Shown here piece after piece: positions 8,712-18,172 of a DNA stretch of 25,878 nucleotides. A program made the translations under genes and the position numbers. Position 1 is the first letter of the stretch. The number at the start of each line of letters is the position of its first letter. This stretch comes from Candidatus Aenigmatarchaeota archaeon (lineage in GTDB: Archaea > EX4484-52), in NCBI GenBank assembly GCA_023137195.1, contig JAGLPV010000040.1, positions 1 through 25,878 on the forward strand. Direction: 5' to 3'. A model generated the notes under the pieces. The model was given only the letters and a program-made list of their open reading frames with translations, was not told the origin of the DNA and did no database searches.

Positions 8712-11700
8712 GATGCTCCTCTTCCCTCCTCTTTAATTGCTTTTTTCAATTTTTCTATAGTCCAACTTGTTTTCTCTATATTTTCCAAAATAAATTTTAA
8801 TTTAGCTCCAGTAACTTCTGCTTCTTTTGGAGGTGCTATGTTGTTGTTGCTATATGGTATTTTTTGTTGACTACTGTAGTTTTTGACTCCTGCTTTTTCT
8901 TCTCTTATTTGCTCCAGTATTATTTTTTTTACATGGCTTCTTGTTTCATCTATGAAATCTTTGCAACTCTGCTGGATGTTTGTCGTCTTTCTTAAATTAA
9001 GTAATTCTTTCCTGTTTTTATCTTGATCCGAGAATTCAATTCCGGTAAATATTTTTTTTATTTCAGGGACATAAACATCATCAAAATATTTTTTTAGAGT
9101 GATGGAAATAGAATCTGTATTTTTATTATACTTCGCCTTTAGCATTGCTCCAAGCCATTCAAAATCTCTCATAAGATGGATAAAATTGGTTTCTCCATCT
9201 GGTTCAATTGTGCCGGTATTATCCAGTGCATTAGTAATATCAAATAATCTAAATTCTATCCTATTTTTCCCATTACATATTGCTACCTTTTTCGTGCCAG
9301 AAATAATTCCTCTATCCAACCGGTCATTTGAGGTATAAAGTATCTGCATAGGATATGCGAGGAATAATGCATCATATTCTTTTTTTGAAAAATCTTTATC
9401 GGTTATGCCTAAATTGACATGCAACGGATAATATTCCTGGGACGGAATCAAACCATATTGTTTTAGTTTCCTGACAATTATTACCTGATTCACAAAATTC
9501 TCGCTTGGATCAGGGGAATATTCTATCAACTTGTCTGGTTGATCAACGATACCAAATAAATTACAAACTTTCTTTGCCAATAGTTTATCTAATTTGTCTT
9601 CCAGATGTTCCCATATCTCTATTTCAACGCCCATGGAAGGAAGGTATTTATAGTAAGAACGTATCAAAGCAGAATATTCTGTTAATTTCATTATTATAAT
9701 TTCCTTTGCTATTCTCTGCTTTAGCTGATTTATTGCCCTAAAACGAAGGGCGGCAAAATCTCCTTTTAAAAATCTCCTGCCTCTCTTTATTTTCTCAACT
9801 TCCTTTACAAGTGATGTTGCTTCTTCTACAAAAGCAAGGTCTTCTTTTAATTCAACAGTTATCTCATTTTCATAAACCGTATTAATAAGATTGGACTTGT
9901 CTGTGTTGATTGATTTTATTGTCTCAATCAGCCTTTTTTTTATATCAGGTTTTGTCTCTTTTTTTGCAATTTCCATCAATTCCTGTATTTGCTGAGCATC
10001 AAACAAACTATAATTGTATATATTCATACGCCTTGATATGTTTGAAATAGTACAGCAAATATCCCTGCGATTTATTTCATCTTTTTCTTCTCCAAACAAC
10101 TCAATTAAAGGATTAATCATGGGTCTAATTTTATCTAACTGATTTGTAGGAACACGATACACTAATGGGACTATTGAACTGATTGTTGCAGAAACAATAT
10201 CTTTATCTTTCTCATTTCGAATTGCATATACTAGATAGGGCATATCCTCTTCTGTGAACTCATTTAACTTGCCTTTTTTTAACATAGCTAATATCTTGGC
10301 ATATTTACTTTTCTGGTTATTTGGTATGAAAGGGATATGTACGGATGCTTTTCTGGTATTATTTGCACGCTCTTTTATTTTTGTCCACAGATTTTCTTTT
10401 TGAACCGGTTTGTTTAATTCTACTTTCTTTTCATCTGGTTTTTTGTAACTACTCTTTGGATTTATGAAACTGTTAAGACTTTCTATATCCTCATTCTTAT
10501 TTGTATTCTCAAATATGTCTGGAAGTTCTGCACTTTTATTTTTTTCTAGTACTCCACTAACATCCGATGAAGTTTCTTTCCTCGGCAGTTCCCTCTCATT
10601 TTGATGAAGCAACAAATATCGAACCTGCTCTGTATCATATCCAGACACATCCCGTCTGAGTATTTTTCCTGCAACTTCCAGAAATTTTTTAGGGTTGGTT
10701 ATTGAAAGAGATATGTTACCTATTATTTTTACAAGCAATTGTTCTGGTTTGTCTAAACTACTCCTAAACATACATCTTATCGAAAAATAAGAATCATCAT
10801 TAAACTCTATTCCACAATCTACTCTTATTTTTTTTTTCAACTTAACAATCTTATCTATCTCATTACGATAGTTAGTATGTGTGCCTAAATTGATACGTAT
10901 TGTCTCTGATAATTCCAGATTATTGTCTTCAGCATATTCTTTCGCTTTAAGGCAACGGTCTATTGCTTCTTTATACTTATTGGGCTTTTTAATTATGAAA
11001 AGAATATTTTTATCAGATAAGTTCACTCCTTTATGCCAGGCATATGCTTTTATCTTAACATAGAGTTCGGACTTCCCTGGATTTTCAAATTCTGTTTCTG
11101 CTAAATCATATTCATTTACAGAATTACTATCTGGCGTGTTTTTATCCAAAGGCATATGTGTGTCTGCTATCCAGTCATATTTACTTTCTTCTCTTAATTT
11201 TGCTACAATATTCTTGTAAGTCGGGCTTATTTTGTTGCGTTCTAATAACTGCATCACTATTTTTACATCAAATTCAGAGACTTTTTGTCCTAACAGAAAC
11301 ACAGAGGCATTCGAGAATTGTCTGGCATCTACTATAATTGCTCTAAGATTTAGCACTACTTTTTTAGCCAGCCATTCGTCTTGGGCTTCTTTCCACTTGG
11401 TATTTGTCTCTGTAATTCTGAAGCAAGCATCGTCATTGATTAGAATGCCGAATTTTTCTCTTATTTTGGTTCTTAAGTCTACAATAGAATCTATTTTTTC
11501 CATGTATCTTCTTGTATAACGAACGAGCATAATATAAACATTACTCTCGGTCAATTCTACTTTCTTTTTGTGTGCATATTTTTTTATTATGATATACAAG
11601 TCAATAATGTATTGGTAATTATCATGACTCCGTGCTATAAGAAAAATATAGATTTGTGGCAATGCCAACCCCTTAGTTTTAGCATATTTTTCTACAAGAG

Positions 11701-14700
11701 GACAACGTTTAATTATATTTTCATATTTATCCGGGTATTTTTTAACCAACTCTTCAATTTGACTATCTGTTAAACTCCAATATTTTAGCGAACAGTATTT
11801 TATCTTATCAAATAGTTTTTTTTGATTTGAATATTCCAGATCATCAAATTCATCATGTTGATTTTTCATTTGTGATATAGACTGACCTTTCATCATTTTG
11901 TCTTCTATTATAGTAAGATTTGATGAATAATAAGGATTAGTATTACTCCAATCTGGAGTTGGATTATGTAAACGATATCTTTTACGCAATTCCCCTGTTG
12001 CTACACCCATATCCTCTTCAGATATTGTTCTTCCCAATATTTTTCCTAAAGCCACAGAATATGATTTCTCATCGACTACCCGACAATTTCTTGAATTCAT
12101 CGCCGCCACAAATAAATCTTCATCTGAAATTTTATCGTACACGAGATATTTTATCAGAGAACAACACTTATCATCATCCATCTTCATCCCAAAATCATTT
12201 CTTATGTGCTTTCTTAATTCTGTAATCGATTTTATTGTTTTTTCACAATCGCGATATGAAACCATCCAACGAATGTTCTTTGGAGATAAATTTAATTTGG
12301 CATTCTTCAGGTAAGATGTTATTTTACTCATGAATTCATGATTGGACAACCTACCAGAAAGACTTTTTTCTAATTCTTTATATGCTTCTTTCTGGAATTT
12401 AAGTATATTTTCTTTTAGCACCCCTTTATCAATGGTTTTACAGCGTTCGATATCTTCTTCCGAGAGTTTTTCTTTTATGGTGTTGATTGCCCTGCTAATA
12501 CTCATACCTCCTGCAACTAATTCAGCTATATTATATATATTGGCTGCGACTACAGGATCTTTGTGCGCCTTATGCGCAAGCCATCTTATATCATTAGACG
12601 AAAGTGCTTCTCCAATAAGCTTCTCCGGACGAATTAATTCTCCTTCTTTGCCCTTGCTGACAGGAGTATTGAATTGATTGGGTTCCTCCATCCGTTCAAT
12701 AGTCAAACCGCATTTATTGCATGTGAACTCACTATGCCCTTTAGTGATACTCTTACTTCCGCATTCCGGGCATACACCAACATTAAATAAAGATGTTTGG
12801 TCCAATGAATCATATTTCTTTAACTCTTCGGTCAATTCTATTATCTGCTGGTTTGAGAGATTAAGTTCGTCGAGTTCTAAACCAAACTTGTCTCTTAATT
12901 CATTAGAAAGTAGAGTGTTATTTGTTTTTTTACTCACGGGCAAACCGACCATCGCTTTACGTGAGCCAGAAAAAACTGCTCCTATTCTACTAAAAATACC
13001 TTTCCTTTCAACTTCCTTCTGAAACTTATCTATTTCCCTGCTACTGTAGCCCATCTTGTCCAATAAAGACAATACATCACTCATTTCAACCTTCTTCTTC
13101 CTTAATAAATTCTTTATCTCTTTCATCCCTCTTTTACCGGTTTTTTTAATTAGGTAAACAGCGAGCTTGCTTATTTTATCATTCTTATCTTTTGATGCTT
13201 CGATTAATGATGGAATAGTACGGCATATTCCATAAGGATTTATCTTTGCCATTAATTCTAATGTTACAAAACAATTCCTACGCAAAAGTGGGTTCGGATC
13301 ATGTTTCCATGCATGAATCAACTGATCACTCACACGCTCGCCCATACTGGCAAGCACCCGAAAAGCTCCCGGGTGTAGTTTGATCTTTTCTCTACGTCCA
13401 AGTGTATCAAATAAAGGACCAATCACTTCTTCTGTATTTTTACTCCTAAGAATTTCCGAATCATGGTTTGCGAGATACTCATCATCAGGGAGCTTATCAA
13501 TTGTATCATAAACATTTTTTGTTCCTCTCGTTATTGGAATATTGGCAATATCTTTAATTATTTTGAAAGGATTTTTGTACTTGGGTTTTTCACTAATTGC
13601 ATTGGATTTTTCAGTTGCTATTCTCGGCTTTTCGTGGATTGTTGAATCTTTGTTTCTTCCAAACCCAAACAGAGCTTTTCTTGTATTAAATAATGGTGAC
13701 TTTTTCTCCCCCAAATCATCTCCATAATATCTCATCGATTCTTTTTCGTGTAGAGGAATTTTGCTCTGCAAATCATCAAAAGCTTTTTTATACCGCCAAG
13801 GGTTTTTCTCGTAAACTTCCTTTAGCTTCCCTGTTGCCACAACTCCTAATCTTTCATTAAATAAATAGATTAAAGGCTCAATTGCAGGAGCAAATGCATT
13901 GAATTTATCTTCCGGAATATTTTTTGCTATAATTCTGAGCGAGACATCAGCCTCCCCAAAATAATCTTGATCTTGCCGTGTACTAATCAAAGGCTTGATT
14001 GCAGGAATAATTTTATCATATTTATCTTTCTGGATTTTTTTTGCTAACAACCCTATAATTCTTGCAACATCACTTTTTCTAATAGAATTTTGACTTTTGA
14101 GTAATTCAATTAACGGCTCAATTATATGAAGTATTTTGTATATTTTATCTTTCGGAATTTTTTGGGAGATATAGTTGATTGTACCCAGGCAATAAACAGT
14201 TATCGTTAAATTTGATTTATTTGAATCTATGCACTCCAATAATGGGTCAATTGCCGGGATTATTTTGCCATATTCTTCTTCAGAAATATCTATTGCTATA
14301 CTGTTAAGCATTGATGCCACTCTCCCAACTACCTGCTCATCTTTATGCTTGAGTGCTTTAATCAAAAAAGGAATATCTTCTACTTTTCCATGTAAAAAAT
14401 CTACTGCAGGAGACCCTTTTGGTCTTCCTATCAGTTCTTTAAATTCTCTGGATTTAGCCAATTCCATTTTATATTTTTTTGGAAGATTATTTTCTGAAAA
14501 TCCATTATTTCGAAATCGCTCTATAATTTCTGACTTAATAGATTTATTTGAAAAAGGGTTCAATAAGCTAAAAAAAGACTTATTGAATATTTTATCCTGG
14601 TAATATTTAATCCATTGTGTCTTTGTCTCATCATCAAGATTTAATTTTTCTAAATTTTCTTCTAAAGAAGTGCATATTTTTCCATGCGCTCTTATCCTAT

Positions 14701-17700
14701 CTTCTTTATGATATCTATCTATTATTCCCTCTTCATCTCCACTAAGAAGTACGCCCTTCTCCTGAAAAATATCTCCTCCTCGATACGCATCTATCAACTC
14801 AGTTGCACCTACTCGTTCTAAGGTCTCAAGATATGCTTCGCTTGCCATAGGAATGTATTTTTGTTCAATCTCTTCTTTTGGAATGTTCAAATACCGGATA
14901 ACAGCACATAATCCCTCGCCCCTATAAAAAGGAAGATAAATCTTTCTTCGTCCAATCAGGTAGTTAATATCCTGCTTCATGTAGTATTTTATTTTACGAC
15001 TATTGTTGCTGTGATATTCGTGCCCAAAATCAGACACTGAATATATCTCTCCATTTGTAGATAAAAAGAAATTACCATAATGTGCATCTGTGCCGCTACT
15101 GTCACTGAAGCAAAATCCACTTGCGTGACAACGCGCCAAAAATATAAATGGTTCTTTCACTATTCGTTCAACTATTGCATCAAAACCTATTTTTGTTTCC
15201 CTTGAGATTCGATTTATATCTTCTACCCTTATATGGTTCAGCACTCTGCCTTTTGTGGTGATATCCAGTACTCTTTTCCCGTCTGGCATGAAAAAAAAGA
15301 TAAAACTAGGATTACCTTTCGAATAGCCATCATATTTCTCTTTTTTGCCATAAAAAGTATATTCTCCCTGCGGTAAGTCTACAATCATTATTGGCGGGAA
15401 AAATCTTCCATTATGCTTTTCTATTTGTTCAATGCCTTTGTAGAAATCAGTTTCATACACTTTTTTTTTATATGATAATTGCCCTGGGAACTTAATATTG
15501 GGACAATATTTTCTCCCGTTTATCTCCACAGGATGCATGAAAGTAAGACGTCTGAATCCACCAGTTACCGGATTTATTTTTATTGGTATTGGTAGTGATT
15601 TTGCACGGATATCTTTGCCAAGCCACTCGCATATCATTGACTTGGTTGTTTTTCCTGCAAAACGAGGATTTTTATATCTTATATCACACATTTCTTCTAG
15701 GAATTCCTTTCCTCTCTCGCCCACAAAATTATAAGGGGAGTATCCGAAATATTTTAAATATGGCTTGTACGCAACAATCTTTCCTGCAAATTTTCCGTTG
15801 TCTGCATAAGTAAAATCAAACTGGATGCAATTATTTTCTATTGTTTTATAACTGTATTTTAATTTCCTATGCCCTTCTTGGTGGATTGTGTCTTCAGATA
15901 CCTCTTTCCTGTGAGCAATATTGTTAAGTACATTTAATGCATCTGTTTTTCTTTCATTATCGATGTTATTGTATAATAATTCTTTTGTGGCTTTTTGTTT
16001 CGTATCATTGGTAATTAATTTTTCCGGGGTTGTTGAATCTCCACCAGAGAAAGCAATATTTCCATGGGTATTCAAATCTTCTGTCAAGGCTTTCTGACGC
16101 TTTTTTTCATCAGGCGAAGTAATGTTTTCCAACCTTTCCAGTTCTTCAGGGCTGTATTGTTCTTCTTTTTCCGACTTATTTTTCCTTCCTGACCCAAACA
16201 GGGCTTTTCTTTTTTTAAATAATCTCTTAAGTAGAGATGGCTTTTCCTCTCCTAAATTCTCCCCAATCGCATTATCTACTTCTTCCAGACTCGTCCTTTT
16301 ATTCACCGCCTTAAGCGTTTTATTAACCTGTGCACTCAATTTTTTATTCCCCGACCCACGCAACCCAATCAAAGGTCTGATTGCAGGAGCCAAATGACCG
16401 GCATATTTATCAGGAACACCTTTTGCGATATACTCCAGCAAACTCAAAGAATCCAAATACATATACTCCTGTCCTGAACTAATCATGTCAATCAAAGGCT
16501 CAATTGCATGAACCAATAAATGATATCTATCTTTCTGAAGTCTTGGAACCATTGTATTTAATGTCGTTATGGTTAGATAACGTGCATAATTATCTTTTTC
16601 CTCGACCAATGATCCAACTAAAAAAATTAATTCGACTAGAAAAGAAACACGTTCTTCGTTAGACATTGTATATTTGCCGATTTTTTGATTTTTATCTATT
16701 TTTTCATGAGTTTTATTTTCATAAAACTGACCATCTATTCTATTTATTTGCTCAGAAATTTGCCTTGAGAGAGGGTCTGTATCTGCATCTATGTAAGAAG
16801 TATTTTTAGAATAATCATAGTGTTCTAAGTTAGGAAACCAGTCGTCCCATTGTTTCCTGAATGTTTTGAAACTAATCTGTTTTCCTTCTAAAAAAGCCGT
16901 TTCTTTATCGTCCAATGTATTAAAAACAAGGCGTAATTTATCAAAAGAGGATTTATTAGTGGTGTAGAATTTTTTGAATAACCCTATATTTTTTTGGAGT
17001 TTAGTCAGAAAATCAATATCTATATCAACTCCTTCCAAAAAGAGACGATATGCATTTGCTTCTTCTTTTGGGATTTTATGTTTTATTTGTTTTAATTTAT
17101 CCGATACGATTCGCTTTTCTTTAACTAAATCTTCAATTATGTGTTGTAATTTAAACTCCATTGATGATTCGTAAGGGTACCCTATTTCCACTGACTGTCC
17201 AACATGAGAAATTACATATTTTAGCTTTAGTCCATAAAAAATATCTTTAGAAAAAAATAAAATTTCAATATGAGGGTATTTTTGTTTGGTCTTTTTTAAT
17301 ATTTCAATTTTTTCCTTGGGCGTTGCGTATATATATATTTTTAAAATATTTTTTAAATCAATATTTTCATTTACGAGAACATCTATTCCATGATTTTCCG
17401 TCCCATCAAATTTTACCGGAAGATTCTTTAATAAATATAATACTTTGTAAGGCTCAGCTAGGGGAAAATGAATCGCTCTTAAAAAATCATGCGTTACGTA
17501 TATTCTTCTCTTCTCTTCACCATGATTATATGGTGAATCCGGAAGGAATACGCCTCTTTCTAATTCAATAAATGAACTGCCTGTCCATATGCCTCTAATT
17601 TCCCTTGTTGTTTTTGCTTTGGAGATATGCTTCCACATTTCCTCCAACTTATATCTGCCTGCAAAATAGACCATCAAGTCAATATCTGTCTTTGCAATCC

Positions 17701-17740
17701 CTAAAGAATATGCTTTTTTCGGCTTTGCCCGATAAGTCAT
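8708..17740 (-). CDS. Giant multidomain protein (3010 aa as it stands; about 3053 aa before transposon insertion): HEAT/ARM repeats, kinase-like domain, TFIIB-type Zn ribbon, triple repeat, amidoligase-like C-terminus
   Basis: 9-kb uninterrupted ORF. Repeated AIxPLI HEAT motifs; DAHYGNFF...VSDFG; CPECG-x11-CNKCG; GVEIE...EYSP...LHVNLG...IEFR. The first 7 codons (MTYRAKP) come from the transposon left end. Confidence 0.85.
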   Translation of the reverse strand: MTYRAKPKKAYSLGIAKTDIDLMVYFAGRYKLEEMWKHISKAKTTREIRGIWTGSSFIELERGVFLPDSPYNHGEEKRRIYVTHDFLRAIHFPLAEPYKVLYLLKNLPVKFDGTENHGIDVLVNENIDLKNILKIYIYATPKEKIEILKKTKQKYPHIEILFFSKDIFYGLKLKYVISHVGQSVEIGYPYESSMEFKLQHIIEDLVKEKRIVSDKLKQIKHKIPKEEANAYRLFLEGVDIDIDFLTKLQKNIGLFKKFYTTNKSSFDKLRLVFNTLDDKETAFLEGKQISFKTFRKQWDDWFPNLEHYDYSKNTSYIDADTDPLSRQISEQINRIDGQFYENKTHEKIDKNQKIGKYTMSNEERVSFLVELIFLVGSLVEEKDNYARYLTITTLNTMVPRLQKDRYHLLVHAIEPLIDMISSGQEYMYLDSLSLLEYIAKGVPDKYAGHLAPAIRPLIGLRGSGNKKLSAQVNKTLKAVNKRTSLEEVDNAIGENLGEEKPSLLKRLFKKRKALFGSGRKNKSEKEEQYSPEELERLENITSPDEKKRQKALTEDLNTHGNIAFSGGDSTTPEKLITNDTKQKATKELLYNNIDNERKTDALNVLNNIAHRKEVSEDTIHQEGHRKLKYSYKTIENNCIQFDFTYADNGKFAGKIVAYKPYLKYFGYSPYNFVGERGKEFLEEMCDIRYKNPRFAGKTTKSMICEWLGKDIRAKSLPIPIKINPVTGGFRRLTFMHPVEINGRKYCPNIKFPGQLSYKKKVYETDFYKGIEQIEKHNGRFFPPIMIVDLPQGEYTFYGKKEKYDGYSKGNPSFIFFFMPDGKRVLDITTKGRVLNHIRVEDINRISRETKIGFDAIVERIVKEPFIFLARCHASGFCFSDSSGTDAHYGNFFLSTNGEIYSVSDFGHEYHSNNSRKIKYYMKQDINYLIGRRKIYLPFYRGEGLCAVIRYLNIPKEEIEQKYIPMASEAYLETLERVGATELIDAYRGGDIFQEKGVLLSGDEEGIIDRYHKEDRIRAHGKICTSLEENLEKLNLDDETKTQWIKYYQDKIFNKSFFSLLNPFSNKSIKSEIIERFRNNGFSENNLPKKYKMELAKSREFKELIGRPKGSPAVDFLHGKVEDIPFLIKALKHKDEQVVGRVASMLNSIAIDISEEEYGKIIPAIDPLLECIDSNKSNLTITVYCLGTINYISQKIPKDKIYKILHIIEPLIELLKSQNSIRKSDVARIIGLLAKKIQKDKYDKIIPAIKPLISTRQDQDYFGEADVSLRIIAKNIPEDKFNAFAPAIEPLIYLFNERLGVVATGKLKEVYEKNPWRYKKAFDDLQSKIPLHEKESMRYYGDDLGEKKSPLFNTRKALFGFGRNKDSTIHEKPRIATEKSNAISEKPKYKNPFKIIKDIANIPITRGTKNVYDTIDKLPDDEYLANHDSEILRSKNTEEVIGPLFDTLGRREKIKLHPGAFRVLASMGERVSDQLIHAWKHDPNPLLRRNCFVTLELMAKINPYGICRTIPSLIEASKDKNDKISKLAVYLIKKTGKRGMKEIKNLLRKKKVEMSDVLSLLDKMGYSSREIDKFQKEVERKGIFSRIGAVFSGSRKAMVGLPVSKKTNNTLLSNELRDKFGLELDELNLSNQQIIELTEELKKYDSLDQTSLFNVGVCPECGSKSITKGHSEFTCNKCGLTIERMEEPNQFNTPVSKGKEGELIRPEKLIGEALSSNDIRWLAHKAHKDPVVAANIYNIAELVAGGMSISRAINTIKEKLSEEDIERCKTIDKGVLKENILKFQKEAYKELEKSLSGRLSNHEFMSKITSYLKNAKLNLSPKNIRWMVSYRDCEKTIKSITELRKHIRNDFGMKMDDDKCCSLIKYLVYDKISDEDLFVAAMNSRNCRVVDEKSYSVALGKILGRTISEEDMGVATGELRKRYRLHNPTPDWSNTNPYYSSNLTIIEDKMMKGQSISQMKNQHDEFDDLEYSNQKKLFDKIKYCSLKYWSLTDSQIEELVKKYPDKYENIIKRCPLVEKYAKTKGLALPQIYIFLIARSHDNYQYIIDLYIIIKKYAHKKKVELTESNVYIMLVRYTRRYMEKIDSIVDLRTKIREKFGILINDDACFRITETNTKWKEAQDEWLAKKVVLNLRAIIVDARQFSNASVFLLGQKVSEFDVKIVMQLLERNKISPTYKNIVAKLREESKYDWIADTHMPLDKNTPDSNSVNEYDLAETEFENPGKSELYVKIKAYAWHKGVNLSDKNILFIIKKPNKYKEAIDRCLKAKEYAEDNNLELSETIRINLGTHTNYRNEIDKIVKLKKKIRVDCGIEFNDDSYFSIRCMFRSSLDKPEQLLVKIIGNISLSITNPKKFLEVAGKILRRDVSGYDTEQVRYLLLHQNERELPRKETSSDVSGVLEKNKSAELPDIFENTNKNEDIESLNSFINPKSSYKKPDEKKVELNKPVQKENLWTKIKERANNTRKASVHIPFIPNNQKSKYAKILAMLKKGKLNEFTEEDMPYLVYAIRNEKDKDIVSATISSIVPLVYRVPTNQLDKIRPMINPLIELFGEEKDEINRRDICCTISNISRRMNIYNYSLFDAQQIQELMEIAKKETKPDIKKRLIETIKSINTDKSNLINTVYENEITVELKEDLAFVEEATSLVKEVEKIKRGRRFLKGDFAALRFRAINQLKQRIAKEIIIMKLTEYSALIRSYYKYLPSMGVEIEIWEHLEDKLDKLLAKKVCNLFGIVDQPDKLIEYSPDPSENFVNQVIIVRKLKQYGLIPSQEYYPLHVNLGITDKDFSKKEYDALFLAYPMQILYTSNDRLDRGIISGTKKVAICNGKNRIEFRLFDITNALDNTGTIEPDGETNFIHLMRDFEWLGAMLKAKYNKNTDSISITLKKYFDDVYVPEIKKIFTGIEFSDQDKNRKELLNLRKTTNIQQSCKDFIDETRSHVKKIILEQIREEKAGVKNYSSQQKIPYSNNNIAPPKEAEVTGAKLKFILENIEKTSWTIEKLKKAIKEEGRGAS
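17712..17720. repeat. Left copy of the 9-bp target-site duplication GCTTTTTTC
   Basis: Identical 9-mer at 24826-24834; each copy directly abuts a TIR. Confidence 0.88.
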
Positions 17741-17783
17741 AAAAAACCAATACTTTTCGGGCAGGATTAAGACTTTTCGGGCA
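17721..17783. repeat. Left end: 17-bp TIR plus two subterminal ACTTTTCGGGCA copies (17752-17763, 17772-17783)
   Basis: Read directly; the 12-mer matches the inner part of the TIR (ACTTATCGGGCA) at 11 of 12 positions. Confidence 0.9.
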
Positions 17784-17791
17784 GAAAACTA

Positions 17792-18172
17792 TTATATAGA
17801 TGTTAAAGTTGGCTCATAACCATCATTTGTGTCTAATTCGTCTTTTAACTTTTTATTTTCAAGCCTTTTTCTCTCCAATTCCAACTTTTTTTCTTCCAAT
17901 TCCAACTTTCTTTTTTCTTCTTTATCTTTGATTTCTTTATCCTCAATTTTTTTCCATTTTTTAGAACCAAAAACAAATCCAATTATACAAATAAAAAATA
18001 ACACACCTATAAAAATACCATATGTTGTTTTACTTTCTTTCATAGGCAGATATTCATACCAAAACAAATACATAATGCCAAAACAAACAATAACCGAAAT
18101 AATTGTAATAAATGTATGATAATTAGTGGTAGTAGAGATAAATTCCTTAACTTCTTTCATTAATGTAATCAT
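17792..18172 (-). CDS. Hypothetical membrane protein (2 TM helices plus a charged coiled-coil tail)
   Basis: Hydrophobic segments FITIISVIVCFGIMYLFWY and YGIFIGVLFFICIIGFVFG, followed by an E/K-rich tail. Confidence 0.7.
   Translation of the reverse strand: MITLMKEVKEFISTTTNYHTFITIISVIVCFGIMYLFWYEYLPMKESKTTYGIFIGVLFFICIIGFVFGSKKWKKIEDKEIKDKEEKRKLELEEKKLELERKRLENKKLKDELDTNDGYEPTLTSI

Noticed and set aside
10320-16265. RKA-L/M linkers as class III (prepilin) signal peptides
   Set aside because: They resemble the K/R-G/A cleavage site but are internal and lack the required downstream hydrophobic helix.
6220-17571. Numerous plus-strand ORFs opposite the kinase and giant genes, and similar antisense ORFs over the ATPase, TadC, transposase, RM and topA genes
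   Set aside because: Antisense shadows of long coding frames; typically F/S/L/I-rich with no motifs.
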